Assembly (NCBI RefSeq): GCF_964204645.1
Contig: NC_134027.1
Span: forward strand, 3,938,485-4,002,484
Reading direction: 5' to 3'
DNA from: Tubulanus polymorphus
Lineage: Eukaryota > Animalia > Nemertea
Length of the DNA stretch: 64,000 nucleotides
The notes beneath the pieces were generated by a model. The model did no database searches, was not told the origin of the DNA, and saw nothing but the letters and a program-made list of their open reading frames with translations. The translations under genes and the position numbers were made by a program. Below, in pieces: positions 15,652 through 30,536 of this stretch; the first letter of the stretch is position 1, and each line of letters opens with the position of its first letter.

Positions 15652-17837
15652 ACAGTCTACGAAGGTCATCTACGCAGGTTTTTGTTATCTTACTGGATTG
15701 TGCTGCTATAACTACTGAGACATGAATTATTGCACAGAATTCGCTGCTGTTGTGGCACTTTTTTAGTCCGATTACACATTATTTTATATTTGTACCAATA
15801 ATGTGAATTTGAATGGAATAAGTAAATTAACTAGCATATATATCAATGAATTGAATGATCTGAAGCTGAAATATTTCCCAATACATTTAACGTACCATGT
15901 AATCTTTAGTCTACATGGTTCACTGTGCTTCATACATGTAGTAATTTACCAATAGGATTTGTTTTTCAATGAATTTTTAGTTAGAACAACAAATCTAGGT
16001 AGCTTGTTCTTATTTCGATGGTTCTATTTGGAAATGAAATAGTTTATTTATTGATGAGTTACATGGGTGGGTGCGTACTGAACTTACTTAAAAAGATAAT
16101 TATAATTAATGTATGTGCTATGTACATGATTAAATATGAGCTATATAAAATGGCTAATTCTGGCCCGTCTTTTTACAAATTTAGACTATTTGTTGTTGTT
16201 TTTTTGTTTTTTATGGTTCCTTTGTCAGACCATGTTAAAGTGGCAAATACTCAAAGACAGATTTCTTTTATGGTGGATGGGCCATTTCTGGTAACGATTT
16301 TCGGAGCAAAACTTTTCACAGATACCATGTCCTGCAGAGCTTTTGCCCTAACAATAAGCCTGAACTAAATACTCGCAATAATGGTTGGTATTCCTTCCTC
16401 CATATAATCAAAGGAACAATCTGGAAAAACCCTATTTCTGTAAAGAAACTGAAAACTTGCATCTTGGTTATGAACATGCACGGATGGAAAAGTTGTACAT
16501 CATAAAGAATACACTGAACGAACATCAATTGAAAGTGATACATGTATTTTATTAATGAATTTAGATTTGTGTGACAAAAACAATTGATAAGTAACAGTTC
16601 AAATATACAGCTTCGTACTGGGATAAACTGAGATAACTTTAAACAGCTCAATATTAACAGTTGTTTGTACGTAATCATAACAGGATCATTCCAGTTAACA
16701 CCGGAAAAAAATCGTTTTTTCACCAAAAATAAAATCTACACATACACGTCTTCTTTCTATTTCAGCTAAAAAATTTGTTCATCCGAGAATGTGAATAATT
16801 CAATCAAGATGCAAACTGCTATTATATAAATATATAGAGATAAAAAATTAAAAAGAGATCATCGTGTATGTATTGATTAAACACAAACAATAACTTTGAT
16901 TATGACTCGAAAAGTAATTAATGATAGAAATCACGATTATGCGTTGTAATTAAATATTTTATTTGATTGCACGAATAAATGGCAAAAATCACATTTAAAG
17001 CTTATCGATATTGATATCAATACTTATAGAAACTAACATATTCATGGAAATGCTATATCGATGTGATCCCTAGATAGATAGTCTTCACCTAACTGGTAAT
17101 CAAAAATAAATATATTTCAATACACTATATAAAGAATAGTTTGGTCATTTGTGTACGTGAAGTACGAATTAATAATCAGCAGTATTTAATCAGAAATCAA
17201 AGACAAGTGCTACAACATCATGTTACAAAAAGTGATTATAACATCTCTGATTACGAAGTAGTAAATAATAGACTTCAGCAGCTTGAATTAATCAATAGTC
17301 AAAGGACGGACTAGTGTTATCGATTAAATCATTAAATCGCACAGAGATAACCACCTATTAGATCAAGTATTCATAAAAAAAGACTTAAGGACCAGCCTTT
17401 GTCTCATTTAGACACAGCACTTGAATCTGATATGATGATCAATTTTCATAAAGGTTTGAAATAATCTAAAATGTGAGGCTTTATTATATCCATACTTGAA
17501 TATACATATCGTAAATCGAACAGGGATATACGTATTTAGACGGATTCTATCAGAAGTAAACTTGAAAGAAAGAATCACTTAAATATCACAGATGACTGGA
17601 AGTAATCGAATGAATTCAAACTTCATACATGTTTTTAAGACTAGCAACCTACAGTAGCTGAAAATACATCATTTCAGGTGGATAAACCCAGTAAAAAATC
17701 AACAGCAAATCATTAGCTTTGTAGGTCGGTGAATAGTTCTACCATGTCTTTGATTGGTGTCCATTGTAAAAGGTATGAAGGCACACTCCAATTGATTTAT
17801 GAGGCCAAAAATCCTCACACGTAGAATGCTTGTAAAA

Positions 17838-20800
17838 CTACATAATAGTACAAGCTCGACTTTTCGCCACCGGTTCACCACCAGCAACAATTTTTGCGCT
17901 ATCCGCAGTTGTTCCATTTGGTTGATTCGCCTTCTTCTGAGCCTGCAGAAGCTGTAAATATCAGAGAGACATTTTGTATTGAATTTGATACATGTAAGCC
18001 TTCACTTCGAAAAAAGCAGTAAAACTAAATATATTTCAGGTGGTTTGACTAATAGTTAAATACGAATATTACTTAGCAGCTATATTGATATTGATGAGCC
18101 TAATTTTATAGGTAAAACAAACATACCATTCTAAAATTTTACGCTATATAGATAGCTAAATCTGATTAGTGATTGAAGGACAAAGGAAAAACTATTGTAT
18201 CTAGATGTAAAGGATTGATTTTGACTAAAATAATTTCTATGGTTTTATCGATCATATAACAGACAATGCAAAGCTATGCAGACGCTGCCAATTTGACGGG
18301 ATGAATAATTTAATGTCTCTTCATCATTGTAACAGCCGCAAATCATCATAAAATAATTAAAAAACTTGATTGTATGACACTCAATAGTGGAAGAAATCTT
18401 TATAATGAATTAATTCTTGATTCAGTCATTTGATAATTGCATTTTATTTTCACTAATCACAATAAAAAATGATGTAGCGTTTCCAATAACTAGGTCGGTC
18501 CGTCACAATCGAGACATTGATCAGAACTATGTGAACGAACAGAGAAAAATAGCAAGTGATATGTAGGGTTGAAGTAATACTACCTGAATGGAGGTAAACA
18601 ACAGCTCCATCCATATAAATCGTCAAATCAAAATATAACTCAAACCAAGATGAGAAACTCCGGAAAGAACTCGAAATGAGGCAAATAAAACTTGATTTGA
18701 CGATTTTAATTGGATTTAGCATGCATATGATGCACTAACATATACATAATGTATCTGCCTACATAAATCGCTTACTTTGTATTTTTCACTTTTAATTACC
18801 TTGTACCCAGACATAGCCTGAAAACATTCAACAATAATACAAATCACACCACACAACATGAATACGCGTTCAGTGACGGCAGACTTTTCATATTCATACA
18901 TTCTACTAAGACGATAGTTCTTAAATTTGATTTAAATGGGATTCAGAAAAATTTATCTACTAGATGCACGGGTAGAAGAGATAATATGAAAAGCAACCGA
19001 AAGCAAAACCAGCAATAACGGTAACAGTGTCCCTGCTGCTATACCATTCCTCGCAAACAGAGGGTTAGATGCAACGAATAATCACTGAATATAGACGTTA
19101 TTCAAACACATCAAGACATTAGAAAATAATAGAAAGAGAAATAGTGAAACGCTGGCCTTCAGTTTAATAAAGACTACTCACCGCCATCTGAGAACAACAA
19201 AATTTGTACAACAGTTATTCATTATCGGTTACAGTTATCAAACATTCCAGTGCAAGGATCATTCAATATCACTAAGTATGAAGATACACTCTTCTATAAG
19301 CTTATTTTGAAAGTGTGAATAAGGCCAAGACATTGCCGTCGCACCAAACTGGCTCCGAGATGCTGATCGCATACAATAAGCGTTGAAAGCTAGCTAGGTA
19401 GCGTTTTGATAATGCATCATGCAAACTCACTTTCAAAAACCTTAGAACTTGTTTTTCCAATGTCAACCGTGAAATTTTAGTCAGTACACCATAATCATAA
19501 AATCACATCGGCCAGATTGAAATATGCAGAAAGTTTTAGCGTAAAAATACATGAATACGATATAAGAATCATGAACAGTTTCTGCAGTCTCGATGTACAT
19601 AACGTGTCAAGCAAAACAATTGACTAAGAATTTCATCTCTTTGTTAATTTCAGAGTCAAATTTATCTAGAATGTACAATCTAGATAAATCAAACATAAAA
19701 ATTCATTGCCATCAGCTTGATGTTATATCCAAAATAAGCATATATAAATATATGTACAAGATATCAACAGATATTCAAAAGAAATCTATAATCGGATGAT
19801 AGAACATTTATAAGCAATGAGAGGACAATACATAATGAATTCCGCTTAATAGTTTATGCACAATCTGTAACTGCATGCCATGTTTATTGCTATTGCATTT
19901 ACCTTATTGAGTATTTGCACTCTCGTTTTTAATTTGTTTCCAGTGCTGTTTGCGAGCGCCGATATCGTTCGATAAAACGGATCAAATTGCTGTTCCTCTT
20001 TTGGTTTATTTCCCCAATCGTCACAAATTTGCTATGAAATAAAATGTGAAGAAAATATGAAGATAATTTTCAATTGTTCCCTCTGAAATTCTAATGTCTC
20101 GTGTCACTTACTTGCAATCGCCTTTCTTTATTTTCTAGACGTTCAAATTTACGCTGCAGTAACATCAACTCTGATTTAAGCTGTGATTGGTCGTTTCCTG
20201 CATCTATACCAAATGTCGTGCTTCGTCTGGCTAAATTGGGCAGTTGAATTTGTTCCATTTGACGTAATTCCTATACAATAAAGATAAATGAAACGATATT
20301 GAAACTCCGCCCTGACACCAGAGAAATAAGACAATATACGTTAGTATAAAACGATGCTAATCAGTGGGTACGAAAGCATTGATATTGATAGTGAAACTGT
20401 TGTTAAAACATATATGATGCATTTAGAACATGAATTCAAACAGATTCATTATGTGATTACTCAACATGCAAATTATAAACCGTCCTCAATTGAAGGTGTC
20501 CATAACAAAACATACTGAGTACATATTCATAATATGCATTAGTACATGCGGCATACTATCGCATTTGTATTATGGTAGGTGATCATTTTCAAGCTCATGA
20601 CTCTAAACAAACCCCTTACAGCAACAGAATGACTGCAGAATTATACATCACAACATCATAAGTGGTTTTTGAAGGCATTCATTATTTATACAGTGTGAAA
20701 ATTCCATCTCTCAAAGCATATGTATGATACAATATGGACATAATATGTGCACAGACATGCACGAAAACAAAAAACAAAAACTTATATATTGAAAAAAAAT

Positions 20801-23800
20801 TCCTGCCTTAGATTGCTGGTTGAAACGCTGAAATAGATGGATGGACATTCAAGAGAATATTCCAAGACAATGTTCATTTAAGAGGACAGAAGCAATACTA
20901 ACTATCCTCTAAAAAACTAATACTATTTTTATATGACAAGGAAGAAAATCCTCAATAAATACATTCAGAGAAATAGAACATCAAAAACTATGTATACACC
21001 TACTCTATCACATAAGCAATTACAGAAGTGCATGTTTATACCTTTGTTGTAAGTTTTGTAAGTTTCGGATCTGGTAATGTATCCTCTTGTAGTCCATAGA
21101 GAGCCAATGTTATACAGCCATTTTCGAAGTATTCTAAATGTTCCGGTGTCATACTCGGAAATGAAACAATTCGACTATGTTTGAACTCTGGCGACAATGT
21201 ACCGCGTACTGTCTCTGTGTTAGTATATTCTGTTTCTTTAAAAACTCGATACTGCACTCGTAATCCCTTCGAAAATCGACTCTTCTGAACTTCAGCACTG
21301 CGAACTTGCACCTGAATGAAAAAATAATTTTAAAATATAGCACAAAATCATGGAAATATCTAATTGTTTGCATAAGCGAACTGTATTTCTTGTGGAATAA
21401 TCACTTCAAACGTATTTCAATTGTACTAGTTTGGCGAATCTCTGAAAACATACCTTAAAATGAAATGGCTTCTCCAATAAATCGTTGGGATTATCAACAA
21501 AGTAATCATCATCTAGACTTTTTCCTGTTTGAGTGCACGGTGAAACGCTAACAAACAGTTGGGCTTCTTCTTGTCCTTTGTAATCAGTGACTGTCAATTT
21601 ATCATCGAAATCTAAGGCATATCCTAAAGATTGCAGAAATACATTTGCCGTTCCGATAACCATGTCTTCTGCCGGCTCCCAAAATGGATCTTCATCCCTT
21701 GGAATCTTCGTCACGTCTTCACCGTCCAAATATTTTTGATACAAATCCTTGATGGAAAACGAACCAAATTCAATGTTATCGTCAATGAAAACATGCCAAA
21801 ATCGATAATATCACTAAACTCACCCCCATGAGATATCGTCTGTTCATGAATTTGCCTCGTTCCCACAACCACGTGTTACCATTCAATAAATTCTTCATTT
21901 TTACCATAACCCTAAAACAGTTCCATTTTCCGATTCATGCAAAAGTTCGTTTCGGTTTCTAGCAATAGAAATGTTCACGGTACATACTTAGTGCCTCTTT
22001 TCTCGCCGTGGATGCCTTCTTGGGCAGCACCCGATAGAAGAACCACTTCGAATGTTCGTTGTTTGTCGAGTTCCTCAGAAATAGCATTTACTTCAGTCAC
22101 CATCGGCAAGATCTCTAATATTTGTTCTTGGGCTATTTGTTGATCTGCATAGAATAAAAACCACCGTTAAAGCATGGAACAAGGAATCAGTAGTTTGAAA
22201 TTCTTCAATTACTGCATAAATATTTACCTTTTGATAAGCCTGCTCCACCACCGGTTGCAAAACCTTTTGCCTGAGCGATTTCCTTTTGAGCATACTCCCA
22301 ATCAATAGTGGCAGGTAGGTCGCTGGAAGCCTCCGTTTTCAATGGATTATAGAACACGTACATATGATTAGAACCTATATGAAGCAAAAGTAACCCATAA
22401 CTATAACAGAAAAACAATCGAATGAAACATGAAATGCAGGTTTTGGTTCAGAGTATCGTTTATTAGCTATGTCGATCAAACACTGGGATTTCATTGAATA
22501 AAGGAACAAACTTTTACCGAATAATATTCTGTCTTTGTGTGTCAGGGTGCGAGTACCAGTGAGCGGTGTTCCATTTATCTTTGTTTTGGCTCCTTTATCT
22601 CCAGGTCTTATTTCTGCCTCACCATCACCCTTCACGACAATCACTGCATGATTTTTCATGATACTAAATGTAATGATATGAAGTGTTTTACCAGATCGTA
22701 TCTTTTTAAATGAGATCATTAGAAATTCTTGTTATCATGTTTTCATACCTGAGGCCGCTGAGAATGATTGTCGGTTCACCGTCCTTCCTTCCGATAGTTG
22801 TCTCGCCGTTTTGAAAGAAATGACAAATAACCCCCGCTAACATCGGATCCTCGTTCAAATTGATAATGTGTGGATCTTTACTTTTCCGTGATGCGTCATT
22901 AGAACCACTGGACAGTGTATCAGTTTCATTCTGAGCAACTTTCAACTGAAATGAAAATATTCAATCTTTTCTCGCATCCAACAACACAAATAGGAGTAGA
23001 CAATTCAGGAAAAATTCAACTCGAAAATAATGTTTACCTTTTCTTCCCATGATTGCGAACTCTCCGCTAATAATTCCTGATTCGCTAATAATTGCGCTTT
23101 TATCTCGTCCTCCATCGCAGCTCGCATTCTCTCCATTTCTGAAATTTCATTACGATAAATTCACTATTCGATGTTAATCAAATAAATCTCATTACTGTCC
23201 GGATTGGAATTTTTTTCTTACCCTCAGGTGAACCAGTAGGTTGCGCAACCATTCCACCTCCATCCATAGCCTTTTTTAGTCGTTCATTTTCTTCCTACAA
23301 ACAGGAAATCATCGCAAATTAATACACACTACTCCAAAAGACAAGTAATGATTGAAATATATGTGAAACTACATTACCCTGAGTTCACGGATAAGTTTGT
23401 CCAATGGATTTTCATTGATGACGGCTTTGTTTTTAATTTTCTTCGCCCGATCGGCATATCTAAGTGTCCCTAGCGTTTCATCAAAGTTTATATCAGCCGG
23501 TGAAAGAGCAGCGATCATAATCGTTTTACTATTTCCACCGAGGGCGTTTTGCAGCAATTTCGTCAGTACGGAATCACGATACGGAACCATGACTTTCTTT
23601 TTACCCATAGATAAATCTGCCAAAGCCTGTGTTAAAAGAAAATCAAGTTTGGTCACTTGATGATTGTATCCCTAAAACATTGACTCATCACAACATACTT
23701 ACAGATATAACATTTCCGAGAGCTGATAATGATTTGTTGATGTTAGCGCCTTCTTTAAGCCGATCACCAGTAGCACCTGTACTATCAGCTCGTTCAGAAC

Positions 23801-26800
23801 CTAAAACAATCATTGTACTGAGATTAGTGAAATCGATGATTGGTGATTTGAAGGACACGGATATTAAATCTACCTATTCATTTTCAAATAAAAGGCGACT
23901 TTCCTTTAATTGCTTATAAACCTACCAGCTAAATCTACCAGGTTCATGACACTACTTTTCTTTGTTTCTGAGCCGTTGTCATTTTTAGAGATTTGATCGA
24001 ACGTAATCGTCACGACAGTGTGAGCTCTACTACTAGTTGCATTCATGTTTGTGGAGGCCACAGTTCGATTTGCCGTACCTAAAAATAATCGGTTTCCAAA
24101 ATAAGAAAAATTCCATGATTTAACTTGACATCATTTTACAATTAAGGTCGGAGGTATTCAGTACCTTGCTCCATGCGCCTTTCGATTTCCACATAGCTCC
24201 CAACGGGAACCTTTTTAAGATTTTGAACGTAAAACAACCCGAGTTTTGGATTCTGACGCACTTGCAGGCCACCTTTAGGATTTTCTTTGGAAAGCAAATC
24301 TCGAACTTGTTCATTGTAGATCTCAAGCATGGAGAATGTGACCTCATATCGCTGTAACAGGGCAATTTATCTATGAGTAAATTATCAGGTACAATGAATG
24401 ATTTCTATAGTCAACATTTTCATTTTTTCCATTCATTCTTTTGTGGCTGTGGCTATGATGGGGCACATATTTCACATTTATATCACCATACTTAGCACAC
24501 TACCATCAGCTATCATAATACACACTATCAATTCAGCTTTGTCTTGGTTTTGTAGTTATACATGGAAAGTTTGAATAATTCAACAACTCAAACATATTAC
24601 ATTATTTACATCATGCTCGATAAAATGACTGCTCACATAGACAGATAAAGGTCTTCAATCCATAGTTCAACCATAAGCTGATTTTTTCTCATTTCAAGAG
24701 ATATTTTTTCTCATTTCAAACCACTACTAATCTATTAAGTTAAAATGGAGCCATTCAAGTCCAAGAGCGCGTTCTACCAAATTGGTTGGTAATACACTTT
24801 TTCTCATGGATGGGTAATTCTAATAGACTACTAGAATAATTCATACAAGATCATACACAATTACGAAATTTCTTCATGTGCGTATATGTGCAATAGAGCC
24901 GATATGGCCCATTATCTTTATTGTAACTAACCAACCTAACCATAACTGGGATAATCACACGATTAATTGCATTTAATCCTACATGTTAAATGCTTTTAAA
25001 TTTCTCTTTACAATCAACCTAATGTGATCAAATAGGCCTATAGGGAAGAGTCTTTGATATCTAAAAGGCCAGAAAGTCCCAATTCATCTTCAATATCACT
25101 CACCATTGATGCGCTTCCATTTGTTTCCATGATTTTAAACAATTCATCACAGGTGATAGGTACAATACCCCTGAAATGAGGAAAGGTTTTTGTTCATAGC
25201 CAAGCTCATTTTTCATCAAACATTGTATGGAAATTTATTTTTCTAATCAGCAACTCACTTATTATTTCCATATCCAACCATTGAATATGACTTTCCCGAT
25301 CCTGTCTGTCCGTAAGCAAATAATGAGCAATTGTACCCTGTAGAAATCGAAAATAATATCAATTTGCAAAAGAATTTTAGATGGCAATATAATTCTTATA
25401 ATTCAGCAATAAATTTATGTAATTGTCATTCCCATGTTCAGGCAGTTTGATAGGCTTCACTAGGGATGAATGGATTCAGATTGCTTTCGATCAATTTTTC
25501 ATATCTTATTTCAAGGTAAACGCATTTGAAAACGGGACGCGTATTTACTGACAGGCGACTTCCGGGTTGTACCGATATGCCGTTAGCAACGCGACATCAG
25601 TCAACCTAGCAACGATAACAAATGTAGGTACGCCCTGCGTCAGCGGTGTCAATTGTGTATCTAGCAGTCTAAGTTAGATTGTATCGAGTGCAATGAAACC
25701 TCCATAAAAATACACAGCAATTAATCGAGCAAATGTTGAAAACATTATGGTGGTCAAATATTGATATCAATTCTCAGTAAACTGCCTTTAGGTTGATCAA
25801 ATATTCCTTCGTGGGTTGTTTTATGTAGATAATCTTCGAATGATTAATTATTCAACCGACACAAGACCATCGCATTTGTACGTAATTCATACCAGCAAAT
25901 GCGTTGTTGAGAACTCCTTGTCCAAGGTCTTCGAACACCATTCTTTGCGAGGCGTATCTGGAACCAGGCGATTCAGGCTCAGAATAACCGTCATCACGAA
26001 ATTTAAATCCATCATGAGACCTGAAACATTGAATGCAATACATGATTTTTAAGGCCTGATTTTCGTAATTGTTTCCATAATGAGAGGGGCAGACGAGTTA
26101 TTGCAAAAATGTATCGATCGCAAACAACTATCTCCATAGTTCTAAATTTGCAAACATCTCAATCCTTAGGGAGTCAAGGAGATAATACCTTTGTTTCTAT
26201 GCTCCAGTATTGACGAATGAATTATCAATTATACATTTCACAGTTCTCAACTAACACACAAGAAACATGTATATCATATAGTCCAACAACACAGTATTTA
26301 AGTGAAGAAATAGAGGGACTTCACTAAAAGGACAAGTTTCCATTTTCAATTTTACGTTAGTATACTAAGGCAATATTTGACCTCTTGAAGTTGGTTTTAT
26401 CGACCATGTGGACACTCAGTGGTCAATATTAGCTCTATGATACCAAACAGATACTGTTTTCTTGGCGCCTTTGTGAACAAATACTCGTCTTTGAAACAGT
26501 TGGTTAATAAAACTCAATTTAGAGCAGTATAATTTGCTCATAATTCTCTAAAGCCTTGAACAAGCAGAATAGCGTAGACAAAACTGAAAGCCTGATCTTA
26601 CTTTTGAATTAGATATGAAGTGACTAATATCTAATGCATGTTCACGTACAAATATCTATAAAGATTACTTTGATAAAATAAATTGTTTATTTGTTAACTA
26701 TTCAATAATCTGTTCCATAGTCTCTTAGTATGTACAAGATCTATCAGTAATTGGTTTTGGTCTTATAAACACCTATTCCCTGGAAACTGAATTGAATAGG

Positions 26801-28843
26801 CCTATCACAGAACCGTTATAAAGGCTTTTTAGTTACAACGGCTTTTTCAAGCACGGAATTGAATTCTAAAGGACAAAATTAATTCTTATATTGAATAGAT
26901 GACTGCATAAATTCAAAAGGTCAAGAATTTTGATAAAACAAATTTACCCTCATCGATAGACAAACAATTCCGATAGGAGATCTGATTAGAGAGAGTAAAC
27001 AATCTTCAGGGGGGTTTCCAATCAACAAACATATGGAAATTCACTTATGGCAACAATTTTGTATATATAGGTAGTCAAATACCAATATGCCTTTTAGCAA
27101 GACAAAAATCATCACAAATGACTAAGGAATTACGAGTTCTTTCCGACACAACACCAATTCCAGATAAAAAGCCACAAAGTATTTCATCATGAACAGCAGA
27201 ACTTGTAACGTGGTTACCACATTCCATGTTGTCAGTAGATATCGTAGAAAAGTAGCTACATTACTATTGATGAACATGGAACACAGTATACAACTAATTC
27301 CCATCATCAAAATTTCATAAAATATCATATTTTTCCTATTTTCTCAATGATTCAACTTGATGTAAATTTTTATGAGGAAATCATTTCCATCTATCATTGC
27401 CACTACTTAATAATAATGAAACAAAATCTGATCTTGATAAAGATTATGTGCGTCATGTAATCTACCACATGCAATTAAGACTGTCTACGATAAAACCAAC
27501 CCTATATTTTTGGTTGACAGTAAATCTTGCCATTATTCATTAATCATCAGAATGAATTTAATTCAGAACATTTTCGCTCTGGGATGACTGTCGATTTATC
27601 TCACAAATTTTGAAAAAGTTCCACTTACCAATATGAATAATCAAATGTAAACTGTTTTGGTTCTTCATCTAAAAAAATGTCAAAACTATGAATTTAGCTA
27701 TACTTCATGAGAATCTTTTGTTGGCCAATTTGTTTTGGCCTATTAAAACCAAAAGATTGTTAAAAATCACAAGCTTTTCCTACGAATGCTTGAAGCCGCA
27801 TCAGGTACCTAAATGAATACCCTCAATAGAGATAAGACACTTGTATAGATTGTATAGATAGACACTTGTTATTACAAATACATGGCAAATAAATATTATA
27901 TAATAGATAATTAATAATGAGTCCATTGGTGAATTATAATGCCTATAGTAAAATAATACAAAGGCCATAATTACTTTATTTAAATTTTCCGATTTATGAA
28001 ATTATGAATATATTTTTCCTAGCCTTATGAACTTACTAGGAGTTTCCGGATTTTGAATTGTCGTTGTGGCCCCACGCATGTCAATGATGAGTTTAGCCCC
28101 TCGGTCCTTCTCCCTAAAAAATAACAAGATTTATCCACATGATTATCCATAGAATACTAGGATAAGACTAGGATGAAATGTCCATTCTGAAATGAAATGA
28201 TAATCTGACAGCTATGAGAGTCAGGCAAGGTTACTTTGAATCAAGTCAAATTCTGACAACAGACATAAACACTATGTACTAACGGTAACATTAACTTGAT
28301 TCAACAATTCCCGTCTAATTGATTATTGATAACAAATCGAATGTCAGAAGCTATAGCACTTAATACTATAATTACCACGAGAACCGCCTTTATAAGCTTC
28401 TATTGCTACACGACACTGCAGCTTTGAGAACATGATAAAGATCAGGTTTTTAAACTAACAAGGTTTTGATACATTGAATTGATTAATTGACGTAAGTAGG
28501 ATTGACTAACCTTTGATTAAAGGGGCGGACTCTAACAGCAACTTTTACCCTGAAATGAGAAGGTAATTCATGAACGAAATGTCAAGATCGAAGATAATTT
28601 TGGTCAAACAATCATCATTAAGAGGACTGGTTATCAGGTTAGTGCCAAAACCTACTCTCACAAGTTCCAAACCTCAGCTCAGATACACTCGAACGTCGAC
28701 AGTGGGAGGAATGAGAGAAAGTATTCAGCGCAAAGAAGATTTTATTCTAAATCGAATTGAAGCTAAAAACACCAATTCAAAAAAGAGCCAAGGATCAGAC
28801 CAGTCCAAAAAAGGAAACGTTTTACTTACGATTCGTCACCCAT
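17838..28843 (-). CDS. KIF28: Kinesin-3 family motor, KIF28/KLP-6-like
   Basis: [19 protein letters not shown]-loop [35 protein letters not shown] domain ([10 protein letters not shown]...TTIGR), DPFWEP motif. More than 20 exons; last exon 17951-17838 ends KSRACTIM*. Confidence 0.9.
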
Positions 28844-29712
28844 CTGCCTTTCTTTAATACACAATCACTATTAATTCGTAAATTCCACAATTTCAATCCA
28901 CACCACACACGTTTTATAATGTTGCTTTTAATGGCTATTCATTTTTTATTTACAGTTCATAAAGAAACAGTTCACAAGGTGAACCGCGGCAAGACCTGTC
29001 AGTCAGTCACTGTGTACTGTTTAAACCTGTTGTTCTCGTTGTTAGCGTAGCGGGTAGAGTACTGTGGTAATCCGTACTGTAACGACGTCGAACTGTCACA
29101 CTGAAGCAGGTGTCACTTCCGTGTTTACAGTTAGACTGGTTATCGGTCACTACCTGCAGGTGGCGCAGAATTAGACAGGCGACCAGTCTATGTTTACAGT
29201 CGTCATCACAAAATGAAGACTGGTAATATTGAACGTGTGAACCGCCGTAGTGACTAGGCAGCACTAATACCAGTAACAGGGTCTAATTCTAAAATAATGT
29301 TAAATCACTGATGATCAATTACATTTTCAGTGGTATGAAACAAGTATGAATTTATCCACATACTAAACAATTTAGTTGATTGAAGTTAATTTAAATTTAG
29401 TACTTTCGGTGAACCTCCGTGCCAGGAAATGTGGACCTCCACCAGGTGGTGGGTTAGTCGGAAAAACAACACATGCGACGTATTTCTTCTGATTTTTCAT
29501 TTTTTCTATAAAAAAACAGGTAATGTACATGAAACTGGTAGCTTTCTGGTAATGATGTTAAGTTAAGATAAGAATATATGTATTCATTTACGGGTAAATC
29601 GATTAAATATTCGTTTTTATGACGCAAACGATGGTTGTTCACAGAATTTCCAGAAAGAGAATTTTGATGAAACCTGTCCTAACCTTTTTCATTTGTAGGG
29701 GCCTAAAATAAA

Positions 29713-30536
29713 ATGGCAAAGAGTATTCGTAGTAAGAGAAAGAGACAAATGAGAAATATAAAGCGAGTGAAAAATGCGCCGAAGGAATTGAAACGATTGA
29801 AGAAATGTTTAGAACTTGGACTCGGTGAAGAAACTGCTCTTCCTACCAGGCAACCCGGTTCAGAAGATGTTGAGATGAAAGATCAACAGTATACTGGTAA
29901 TTTATCTTTCTATTTCATCTTTGAGTCAAATTTTGTGTAAACGTTAAGAAATAATGATAAACGATTTTTTTTCTGAATAGTTGTTGATGCAAAGCAAGTT
30001 CGGAAGAAGTCCGAAGCTAAACAAAAAGGTACGTATCACATATGCTAGTCGTGTACTACTAGCAACTACCGTACTGTAGCCATTGAGAACTCGATCCCAA
30101 TCAGATGTTCGAAAATAGTGCATGGATTTATACGTGTATGTTTAGTTGTGGTTAGGCGACAATATTCAAGCACTACTTTGACTTTGGGGCGGATTCCACT
30201 TGCAATGGAACCAACCTCTATAATTCTCTGAAATAAATCAATACAAATCTATAAGATGCATCATTTAAGCAGTTTACATGAATTGGTATCTTGAATTATG
30301 CCGAATTAAATAGACTTTATCCGAATCGCTTCTATTTGCTTTTTTTAGCCTTAACCGAAGTCCAACTGGAACGAAAAAGTATCAAATCCAAAGATGGCTG
30401 CAGCAAAACGCTTCTGGATAAAAATGGACATTATCCTCCATGGATGAACTCGCGGAAAATTAAAAAACATAAACAGAATATGCACAACAAGAACAGCAAA
30501 AAGAAATTGACGAAAGGCAAAGGATTGGCATGGTAA
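29713..30536 (+). CDS. LLPH: LLP homolog (LAPS18-like)
   Basis: MAKSIRSKRKRQMR start, TLLDKNGHYPPWMN motif, ends KGLAW*; 3 coding exons. Confidence 0.93.

Noticed and set aside
18455-18530. Another acceptor-like site in the kinesin last intron
   Set aside because: Phase 0 gives TTC TGA immediately, and nothing else supports it.
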